Below, one piece after another: positions 1-7,166 of a DNA stretch of 20,849 bases; within the stretch, counting starts at the first letter, position 1; each line of letters opens with the position of its first letter. The DNA lies in the NCBI GenBank assembly GCA_040754495.1, contig JBFMCO010000019.1, positions 1 through 20,849 on the forward strand, in the 5' to 3' direction. The position numbers and the translations under genes are program-made. The notes below the pieces were generated by a model. It was not told the DNA's origin. It worked only from the letters and a program-made list of their open reading frames with translations, and made no database searches. The stretch comes from Candidatus Micrarchaeota archaeon. Its GTDB lineage: Archaea; Micrarchaeota; Micrarchaeia; Anstonellales; Bilamarchaeaceae.

Positions 1-134
1 TGTGGAATAGGTATTATCGGAACATACATGCGGTCCAGCAGTCTATCCGCAACTTTGTCAAGAAGGGTTTCGTGATGCCCAAAATGTTCGCCTATTTATG
101 TCCCTGACTATAAGAAGGTTCGGTTGCCCAAACC

Positions 135-142
135 TATATAAA
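135..142 (+). promoter_or_regulatory. Archaeal TATA box (TATATAAA)
   Basis: TATATAAA at 135-142 upstream of the first lipoprotein ORF; SD-like GAGGTG at 164-169. Confidence 0.6.
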
Positions 143-174
143 CATACTAATCCGAGTACTTGCGAGGTGTCACC

Positions 175-792
175 TTGAGGATTATCCTGCTCTCCGGTCT
201 TTTCGCAATTCTTATAATCGCCGGATGCGTTTCCCCGCCCTCAGAAGGCGGGCAGGCGCCGCCCGCCGGCCAGCCCGGGGGCAAGGTGTGCAGGAACGTA
301 ACCGAGGCCGTCCCGGTCGTGAAGGAGGAGTGCGGCCCGGTCTCCTACACGGAGCAGGTGTGCGGGATAAGGAAGCTCAACTACAGCTTCAAGCTGCTCC
401 CGAAGGTGGACCTCTGCATCGGAGACAGCTCATGCACCGGCAACCCGCTCGGCGACTGCCAGGCGTGCTCCAAGGCCATGACGCGCTGCATAATGGAGAT
501 AACGAACCTCGAGCCGCAGAAGACCGGGCTATGGAGCGTCGGAGCCAACTACACCCTCGGCTCGGCCGGGTTCCTCAAAGACCCGATAATCCATACCATC
601 GGCCCCAACCAGACCGCACAGTTCGATTTCAACCAGATATACACGCCGGGCCAGCCCATCAACTCCGCCTCGTGCAAGCTGTTCGTGCTCTCCGAGCCTA
701 CGATAGAGGACTGCCACGAGGAGACGCGAAGCCGCCAGGACTGCAGGAACGTCACGCGGACGACGCAGGTCCAGAGAGAAGTATGTGAATAA
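175..792 (+). CDS. Cys-rich predicted lipoprotein (stalk plus beta-sandwich head, unknown function)
   Basis: Basic N-terminus, hydrophobic stretch and lipobox-like IIAG|C, then a Pro/Gly linker, 12 further Cys and N-x-S/T sequons. The ORF track starts at TTG 160; TTG 175 is preferred because GAGGTG lies 5 nt upstream. Confidence 0.75.
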   Translation: MRIILLSGLFAILIIAGCVSPPSEGGQAPPAGQPGGKVCRNVTEAVPVVKEECGPVSYTEQVCGIRKLNYSFKLLPKVDLCIGDSSCTGNPLGDCQACSKAMTRCIMEITNLEPQKTGLWSVGANYTLGSAGFLKDPIIHTIGPNQTAQFDFNQIYTPGQPINSASCKLFVLSEPTIEDCHEETRSRQDCRNVTRTTQVQREVCE

Positions 793-819
793 AATCCTTC
801 TCTATCATTATACCCTGCG

Positions 820-1974
820 GTGCTCTTTTTGCTCCTTGGCGTCACATACTCAGAGATCATGATGAAGGGCGGCAACCGCCGCATTTTCGAGAGCCGCCTC
901 ATCTCGAACATGCTCTCCGCGCTATCCCCTTTCGGCAGCTTCAGGGCGCGCAAGCTGTCCGGCCGCATCCTGCTCTCCTGCGAGGGCGTTGCCGACAGGG
1001 ATGGCGCCATGGCAGTCTTGGCCCGGACATTCGGCATAGAATACGCATACGCGCCCGTGGAAACCTCCCCGGACATGCCGGAGATAGAGAAGGCGGCCAT
1101 GGCTTATGCCCCCTCCCTTGCCGGCAAGGCCATCAAGGTGGATACAAGGCGCTCGGACAAGAGCTTTCCCCTGAACTCGCAGCGGGTAAACGAGATCGTC
1201 GGGGCGCGCCTTGTGGCCGCAGGCTGCAGCGTCGACCTCGATACGCCGGAAGAGACGCTCTTCATAGAAATCATGCACGACCGCGCCCTCCTCTATGGCA
1301 GGAAGGTGCGCGGCCCGGGCGGGCTTCCGCTCGGCTCAAGCGGAAAGGCGCTGTCCCTGCTTTCCGGGGGCATAGACTCCCCCGTGGCATCATGGCTCCT
1401 GATGAAGCGCGGATGCAATGTCGATTTCCTGCACCTCCACCAGTCGCCCGAGCCCAAGGCCGTGCTGGACTCCAAGATGCCCCGCATCCTGAAGGCGCTC
1501 GGGGCATACTGCCCGGGGAAGATGACGCTCATCGCGGCGCCTTACACGGAATTCTACAAGCGCACGCTCTCCATGGACGCCCGCATCGAGCTCGTCCTTT
1601 TCAGGCGCTTCCTCTTCCACCTCTCGAACGCGCTCGCCGAGTCGCACGGGTACAAAGCCGTCGTCAGCGGGGACAGCCTGGGGCAGGTGGCATCGCAGAC
1701 AATCGACAACATCTTCGCCTCTGACGAGGCATCCCGAATCCCGGTTTTCCGCCCCCTCATCGGCTTCAACAAGCAGGAAATCACAGACCTCGCCATGAAA
1801 ATAGGGACGTATGGCGTCTCCATAGAGCCTTACAAGGACTGCTGCTCGCTCGTCGCCACAAAAAGGCCCTCAACGAAGGTTCCTCTGGAGATTGCGAGGA
1901 AAGCCGAGGAAGCCGCCGGCATATCGGAAGTGGTCAGCAAGACGCTGGCGCAAGCCGAGACGTTCGAGCTGTGA
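820..1974 (+). CDS. thiI: tRNA 4-thiouridine(8) synthase ThiI (THUMP + PP-loop, no rhodanese domain)
   Basis: N-terminal YSEIMMKGGNR, THUMP motif KVDTRRSDKSFP, PP-loop LLSGGIDSPVA, GDSLGQVASQT, RPLIGFNKQEI and DCC. Confidence 0.93.
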   Translation: MLFLLLGVTYSEIMMKGGNRRIFESRLISNMLSALSPFGSFRARKLSGRILLSCEGVADRDGAMAVLARTFGIEYAYAPVETSPDMPEIEKAAMAYAPSLAGKAIKVDTRRSDKSFPLNSQRVNEIVGARLVAAGCSVDLDTPEETLFIEIMHDRALLYGRKVRGPGGLPLGSSGKALSLLSGGIDSPVASWLLMKRGCNVDFLHLHQSPEPKAVLDSKMPRILKALGAYCPGKMTLIAAPYTEFYKRTLSMDARIELVLFRRFLFHLSNALAESHGYKAVVSGDSLGQVASQTIDNIFASDEASRIPVFRPLIGFNKQEITDLAMKIGTYGVSIEPYKDCCSLVATKRPSTKVPLEIARKAEEAAGISEVVSKTLAQAETFEL

Positions 1975-2008
1975 AAGTTTTATTTAATATCGCTCGTATA
2001 AGTGCCCG

Positions 2009-3295
2009 ATGGCGACCACCCTGGAAAGCGTATTCCTCATCTTCGGGGGCATCATCCTCATAGGATATCTCGGAGAGCTCGTTTCGAGGCGCTTCAGCCT
2101 GCCCAGCGCGCTCATCCTGCTGCTAATAGGCTTCGCGCTCAAGGCGTCTGGGTACGCGGATGCATCGGCACTGAGCGGTATACAGGACATATTCGGCACC
2201 CTTGCCCTGGTGGTACTGCTTTTCGACGGCGGCCTGTCCCTGAACCTGCGCAGCGTAATATTCAAAAGTGGCAGGGTCGTGCTGGTCGGGGCACTGACGA
2301 CATTCCTGGCTATCATCGGCTGCTATCTTTACTTCGGCTACTTCCTCGGCGTGAATCCCCTGATAGGCGCTATTTTCGGGGCCCTCGCGGGGGGAATAGG
2401 CTCCGCGACGACTATTTCCATAGTGCGGAGCCTCTCGCTGCCGAAGGAAATCGGCGATTTCCTGACCATGGAATCCTCCATCACCGACGTCTTCTCAATT
2501 ATCCTGACCATCGTATTCACCGGCGCGCTCATCTCCGGCTCCCTGGACCTCCAGTTCCTCGGCCAGAGCGTCATGAGCCGCTTTTCCGTCGGAGTCATGC
2601 TGGGGGCCCTCTTCGGCCTGCTTTCGCTCGCCATCCTCTCCAGGATAGAAAAAGGCTATAACTACGTGGTGACCTTCGCGCTCATGCTCATGATATACGC
2701 CTTCATAGAGCTGCTCGGCGGAAGCGGCGCCATAGGCGTCCTTATCTTCGGAATCGTTTTCGGCAACGAGACCGAAATCCGGCGCGTCCTTAATATGGGC
2801 AACGGCGAGAGGAACTTCACTTCCAGGGGCGTGCAGGCGGAGATATCCTTCTTCATCAGGACCTTCTTCCTGGTTTTCCTGGGGGTGGTCGTGAATCTCG
2901 GCAGCGTCACGAACCTCCTCCTCGCGGTCGGGCTCATGGCGCTCCTCTATGTCATCCGCTACGCGGCCATCAGGGTGTCCCTCTCCGGCTCTGCGCAGGG
3001 GGTTTACTCGGGCATTCTCACCGCGATGAATCCCCGGGGGCTCGCAACCGCAGTCCTGGCCACCTATCCCGTCATCGCTGTCCAGAACGCACTTGCGGCA
3101 TCCGGGGATGCCCGCCTCTCTTCCGTCCTTTCCCAGCTTTCCAGCCTCCCGGAGATAACCTTCTATATCATCGTGCTGTCGGTGCTCCTCACGAGCGTTC
3201 TCGTTCCCATCATGGCTGCGAAACATATGGGCGGGGAAAATGGCGAAAAAAAGAAGAATAACGGCGGGAAGCAGCGCAAGCCTACCTCTTCCTGA
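2009..3295 (+). CDS. nhaP: Cation:proton antiporter, CPA1/NhaP type
   Basis: About 12-13 hydrophobic segments; motifs LLFDGGL, ESSITD, EISFFIRTFFLV, PRGLATAVLA. Confidence 0.85.
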   Translation: MATTLESVFLIFGGIILIGYLGELVSRRFSLPSALILLLIGFALKASGYADASALSGIQDIFGTLALVVLLFDGGLSLNLRSVIFKSGRVVLVGALTTFLAIIGCYLYFGYFLGVNPLIGAIFGALAGGIGSATTISIVRSLSLPKEIGDFLTMESSITDVFSIILTIVFTGALISGSLDLQFLGQSVMSRFSVGVMLGALFGLLSLAILSRIEKGYNYVVTFALMLMIYAFIELLGGSGAIGVLIFGIVFGNETEIRRVLNMGNGERNFTSRGVQAEISFFIRTFFLVFLGVVVNLGSVTNLLLAVGLMALLYVIRYAAIRVSLSGSAQGVYSGILTAMNPRGLATAVLATYPVIAVQNALAASGDARLSSVLSQLSSLPEITFYIIVLSVLLTSVLVPIMAAKHMGGENGEKKKNNGGKQRKPTSS

Positions 3296-3581
3296 AAGAG
3301 AATATGCCGAGCGTTATGAGGTCTATGACCTCCATGGATTTCCTGTGGTTGTAGAACCCGTACGCCAGGAACGCGAGCGAAATGACGACGGTCGCATAAC
3401 CTACGTATGAGAACAGGCTCTCATGCGGGAAATAGCCTATGAAGAACAGCCCGCCCAGAGTCAGGCTCATGCCGGTCCGTATATAAGCCAGGTACGTCCT
3501 CTCCTCAGCCAGCTTCGTCCTCTGTATGGCAAGCTCGTCCCTGAGTATCAGCTCTTTCTTGTCGTTGTTCTCGTATGCCAT
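3282..3581 (-). CDS. DUF202 (YidH-like) small membrane protein
   Basis: LRDELAIQRTKLAEERTYLAYIRTG signature followed by hydrophobic helices; overlaps the antiporter 3' end convergently by 14 nt. Confidence 0.85.
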   Translation of the reverse strand: MAYENNDKKELILRDELAIQRTKLAEERTYLAYIRTGMSLTLGGLFFIGYFPHESLFSYVGYATVVISLAFLAYGFYNHRKSMEVIDLITLGIFSFRKR

Positions 3582-3606
3582 GCGCGGTTTTCTCGTGAAA
3601 GGTTTT

Positions 3607-4446
3607 TCAGCTTTTGTGCACCCTTTCCAGCTTCACTGCAATCCCCCTTGCCATCGTGTGCAGCCTGCTTCCGTCCACCTGCATTATGCCCACGCCTACG
3701 AACCCGGCGCCGCAGTAGAGCGCGACGCGCTCCCCTCTCTTCACGTCGCCGAGCTTCTCGATGCCGGGCGCCATCACCTGCGCGCCGGTCAGCACGGATT
3801 TGCGCGCGCTCTCCTTTATGTGCACCTTCGGGAGGTCTATCAGCTCCTCCGGCCTCCTGAGCATGGCGAGGAGCGGCCCGGCGTCAGCGCCCGTCTTCTG
3901 AAGCCAGACCGCGTCTATGAGGCCGGACATGGTGTGCGTTTCCTTCTCGCCTATCCTCCCCACCGCGGTCCTCCTCAGCTCGACCATGCGCGCCCCGCCG
4001 CAAACATGTCCCATGTCCTCGCAGAGCGTCCTTATGTACGTGCCCGCATCCACCCTGGTCTCGAAAAGCGCGAGGCGGCCGTCGAGCTCGAGGAGCTTCA
4101 GCGAATAGACCGTCCGCTTGCGCGGCGCTTTCCGCACGGCGCTGATTTTCGGCGGAGTCTGGACGAGCTCGCCGGTGAATTTCCCGAAGAGCGCCTCGAC
4201 CTCCTCCCGCGCCATCATCCTCCTGAATTTGACTATCCCCACGTACGTCTTGTCCTTGCCCGCGATGTAGCGCAGCAGCTTGGTGGCGCGGCCGATTGCG
4301 ACCGGCAGCACCCCTGATACCTCCGGGTCGAGCGTCCCGGCGTGGCCTGCCCTGGATGCGCCCACGATTTTTTTCACGTAAGTGGATATCTCGTGGCTCG
4401 TCATGCCCGGCGGCTTGTCGATTATCACGACCGCGTTTGAGAACAT
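3607..4446 (-). CDS. cbf5: Pseudouridine synthase Cbf5/TruB family with PUA domain
   Basis: DKPPGMTSHE, catalytic GHAGTLDPEVSGVLP, AGTYIRTLC, ELRRT and a C-terminal PUA-like region (GAQVMAPGI); the usual archaeal N-terminal extension is absent. Confidence 0.92.
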   Translation of the reverse strand: MFSNAVVIIDKPPGMTSHEISTYVKKIVGASRAGHAGTLDPEVSGVLPVAIGRATKLLRYIAGKDKTYVGIVKFRRMMAREEVEALFGKFTGELVQTPPKISAVRKAPRKRTVYSLKLLELDGRLALFETRVDAGTYIRTLCEDMGHVCGGARMVELRRTAVGRIGEKETHTMSGLIDAVWLQKTGADAGPLLAMLRRPEELIDLPKVHIKESARKSVLTGAQVMAPGIEKLGDVKRGERVALYCGAGFVGVGIMQVDGSRLHTMARGIAVKLERVHKS

Positions 4447-4455
4447 CGTGCACGC

Positions 4456-4971
4456 TCAGCGCTTTTTCGCCCCTATCACGGCGAGGCTCATCTTCATCAG
4501 CGCCTGGGGCTCATGCAGGCCGCTGTTGAGGCAGGCATCGAAAATGTCGTCTTCGAAAATGTCTATCCCGTACAGCTTCTTGTACCTTTTCCTGTTCCTC
4601 CCGTCGCGCTCTTCCACGTGCGCAACGGCCTCTTCGAGCTGCATGGAATCCCGCCTGGCAATCCTTTGCGCCCTGGTCTTGAGCGGCGCGAACACCTTTA
4701 TCCGCACATCAGCATCCACCATCCACGGGCCGAGCCAGGTGGTCACGACGCAGTCGCCGGCCGCAGCCTGCTCTTTGAGCACGGCATCGAACTTCCTGTC
4801 TATGCCAGCGTCTTTCTCAGCCCTCTTCTGGAACTCCATGAGGGATACCCCCTCCCTGGCCGCAAGGTCCTTGAAAGTCGGGCATACCAAGCGGTATCCG
4901 AGCTCGCCGGAGAGCAGCCCGCCAAGCGTGTTCTTTCCGCTTCCGGTGAGGCCCGAAACCGCGATTATCAT
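4456..4971 (-). CDS. cmk: Cytidylate kinase (archaeal type)
   Basis: MIIAVSGLTGSGKNT P-loop; R-x-x-R-I-A-R-R-D lid; NRKRYKKLYGID. ATG 4971 overlaps the DUF106 stop (ATGA); the ORF-track extension to 5061 is upstream in-frame sequence. Confidence 0.92.
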   Translation of the reverse strand: MIIAVSGLTGSGKNTLGGLLSGELGYRLVCPTFKDLAAREGVSLMEFQKRAEKDAGIDRKFDAVLKEQAAAGDCVVTTWLGPWMVDADVRIKVFAPLKTRAQRIARRDSMQLEEAVAHVEERDGRNRKRYKKLYGIDIFEDDIFDACLNSGLHEPQALMKMSLAVIGAKKR

Positions 4972-5834
4972 TTCTTCCCCCCGGTCTTCTTCATCTTCTG
5001 GTACTGCCCCCACACGAACGATATGCCGAGGTTCCCAATGAGGGACACGAATATGAACCACCAGTAGGGCTGGTATATGCTTTTCACGTTCAGCACCGGT
5101 ATCGCGAGCGGCAGGTCCACCTTGAAGTAGGTGCCGTTGGACACGATGGCCTCGACGCGGTCCACGCTCGTTTTCCTCGGCGGGGCCAGCGTCACGATGA
5201 ACGAGGTGCCTTTTGTCATATTGGCCGGGGCCGCCGTTATGAGCACGCTCTGGCCCGGCTCGTAAGCCATCCTTTCCGTGGCGAGCTCCAGGCCTTCCCC
5301 CTTGCCCGCCTCGGTGTAGGTGTCGCTCCAGTTGGCCGCCCCGTAGAGGAAGTAGGTCTCGTTGCTCGCCAGCTCGGCCCCGCCCTCGTAGGCCTTCGCA
5401 TTAACGGTCCATTTCCCGACGTTCCCGCCCTCCATGGGAAGGCACGCGGAGAAAACGTAGTCGCCGGCCGCCTTGTCGCATCCCTGGCCGTCGTCAGTGA
5501 GATTGACGTGGATGTCGTCTTTCGTGAACGGGTCAAGGGTCCCGACGCCCCACATGAACACGGCAAAGACTCCGAGTATGACGAACATGGGCTTCATCTG
5601 CCCCATCATGACCTTGTTCATCTTCGGAAGCAGCTCCATCTGCTGCTGCATGAGCCTATCCATCTTCTTCTTGTCGCCGCTTTTGCGGGCCTTGTCGAAT
5701 TCGGCCGAGAGCCGCTTGGATTCGGCCTGGACTGCCTCCGTCTCGCTGCGGTTCACCAGCCTGCCCTGCAGGAATTTCACGACCGCTGCATAGCTGAGCG
5801 CCAGGAATCCGACTAAGGCGGCGAAATCGAACAT
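4968..5834 (-). CDS. DUF106 / EMC3-TMCO1-like (Oxa1 superfamily) membrane protein with large extracellular insertion
   Basis: TM1, Met/Gln-rich coiled coil (KMDRLMQQQMELLPKMNKVMMGQMKPM), TM2, then LPLAIP...YWWFIFVS TM3; syntenic with cmk as in archaeal spc tails. Confidence 0.85.
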   Translation of the reverse strand: MFDFAALVGFLALSYAAVVKFLQGRLVNRSETEAVQAESKRLSAEFDKARKSGDKKKMDRLMQQQMELLPKMNKVMMGQMKPMFVILGVFAVFMWGVGTLDPFTKDDIHVNLTDDGQGCDKAAGDYVFSACLPMEGGNVGKWTVNAKAYEGGAELASNETYFLYGAANWSDTYTEAGKGEGLELATERMAYEPGQSVLITAAPANMTKGTSFIVTLAPPRKTSVDRVEAIVSNGTYFKVDLPLAIPVLNVKSIYQPYWWFIFVSLIGNLGISFVWGQYQKMKKTGGKK

Positions 5835-5853
5835 CGTAATTCTTCATTCAGGA

Positions 5854-5869
5854 AAAGTTATAATACTTT
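5854..5869. promoter_or_regulatory. Symmetric bidirectional promoter AAAGT-TATAAT-ACTTT
   Basis: Inverted repeat around a TATA core, centred about 28 nt from both divergent ATGs (5834 and 5890). Confidence 0.6.
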
Positions 5870-5889
5870 GGCGTGTTCTCTATACTGCG

Positions 5890-6444
5890 ATGGCGGACGA
5901 ACTGGATGCCGAGACGAAGCTGTCTATTTACAAGCTGGTCCTCAACAGGTACAAGGACTTCATAAGCGAGAAGGAATCCCGTTCCATATCGGAGATACGG
6001 CAGAGGGTGTCCCCTTACAACGATTTCGTCCGCCGCCTCCGCGACTCTTTCACCTCCGACATGGCGCCCTACGACCACCGCAGCCAGTTCATGGCGGCGG
6101 CCGAGCGCGCGATGGATTACGTGCGCAGGATACGGACGTGCGAGTTCGCATTCACCTTCTGGATGGATTTCCCGGAAATCGAGCGCCTGAGGATAGCGAC
6201 GGCCATGGACAAGGCCATCCTGCTCGCCGCCCTCCTGCGCTCCCTCGAGTCCGAGGACGCCCGCGTGCTGGTCACGCGCAGGGGCAGGCCGCTGGTCCGC
6301 TTCTCCTGGAGCGGCACGCCATACATGTTCATCCCGGAGAGCGGCTCACTGCTGGTTGGCGACGACGCCAGCAAACTCGTCTCTGACGATCCTGTCTCCT
6401 ATTGTTTCAGCGATTTGGTATATGAAAATTACGAAGAAACCTGA
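5890..6444 (+). CDS. Hypothetical protein, degenerate transglutaminase-like fold
   Basis: FWMDFPE...ATAMDKAILLAALLRSL aligns by eye to YW..P.E....GDCEDxAILLASLLRA, with Ala at the Cys position; genome-typical codon usage. Confidence 0.6.
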   Translation: MADELDAETKLSIYKLVLNRYKDFISEKESRSISEIRQRVSPYNDFVRRLRDSFTSDMAPYDHRSQFMAAAERAMDYVRRIRTCEFAFTFWMDFPEIERLRIATAMDKAILLAALLRSLESEDARVLVTRRGRPLVRFSWSGTPYMFIPESGSLLVGDDASKLVSDDPVSYCFSDLVYENYEET

Positions 6445-6543
6445 ATTCATGTTGAATTTTCACTGCTATTGTGATACTTTGTGTTCCTTATTGTGGAATA
6501 TTAGTTGAAATTAGTGGTATTCTGTCGTTTTTCCTCCTGCCTC

Positions 6544-6552
6544 TTTTATATA
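6544..6552 (+). promoter_or_regulatory. TATA box (TTTTATATA)
   Basis: AT-rich region followed by SD-like GGAGAGGT (6576-6583) and ATG 6591. Confidence 0.5.
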
Positions 6553-6590
6553 CTTTTCGCCATAAATTCACTCACGGAGAGGTAAAGAAA

Positions 6591-7166
6591 ATGCAAGGGG
6601 TGGGGGCAATGTCGGTCCGCGAACTGGCCGCACGGAGGAACGCAGTGAGCCACCAGCTGGCGCTGCATTCGATAAGGGACGTCCTTCGCGAGCAGAGCAG
6701 GCGGGACCCCATGAAGGGCTTCGACACTCTCGAATCCATGACGCGCGGGAACCTGGATATGCTGCGGCCGAAGATGGAAGCCGCAAGGAAATTCCTCGAA
6801 TCGGCCGCGAAAAGGAAGGAGGCCGGGGCGCTGGACGATTCCACTTTCGGCGCTGAAACCGCGGGGGCTGCAACTGCGCTCGCGCTCTTCGAATCCCTCG
6901 TGGCTCTTCTTGAGGTTGCGAGGAAGGCGGACAGCAACTATCCGCTCAAATGCGTGCATTATGCGAGCGGCGTGCTTGTCGCCAAGATGGAAGGCAACGT
7001 GCTCCGCGAGAACCGCTATCCGGAAGGCGCGGACGCGCTCAAGAGGGCCCTCGCGCGCTCGAGGGTCGCTCTCGCAAGGGATATACATGAAGACGTGGTG
7101 CAGGCCCTTGACGGCGTGCCTGCGCAGTTTTCAGTGAAGCTGCCCGGGCCGCCTGCCCAGCTCTAA
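6591..7166 (+). CDS. Hypothetical protein (mostly helical, 191 aa)
   Basis: ORF with SD and TATA upstream and GC3-rich codons; the ORF-track start at 6471 lies in AT-rich intergenic DNA; no recognisable motif. Confidence 0.65.
   Translation: MQGVGAMSVRELAARRNAVSHQLALHSIRDVLREQSRRDPMKGFDTLESMTRGNLDMLRPKMEAARKFLESAAKRKEAGALDDSTFGAETAGAATALALFESLVALLEVARKADSNYPLKCVHYASGVLVAKMEGNVLRENRYPEGADALKRALARSRVALARDIHEDVVQALDGVPAQFSVKLPGPPAQL

Noticed and set aside
1-29. Possible start of a minus-strand gene (ATG at 29, MYVPIIPIP...) running off the left edge
   Set aside because: Only nine codons are visible, which is not enough to support a call.
4290-4446. Possible bulge-helix-bulge intron in cbf5, as known from some crenarchaeal cbf5 genes
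   Set aside because: The catalytic GHAGTLDP region is intact and in frame, with no insertion.
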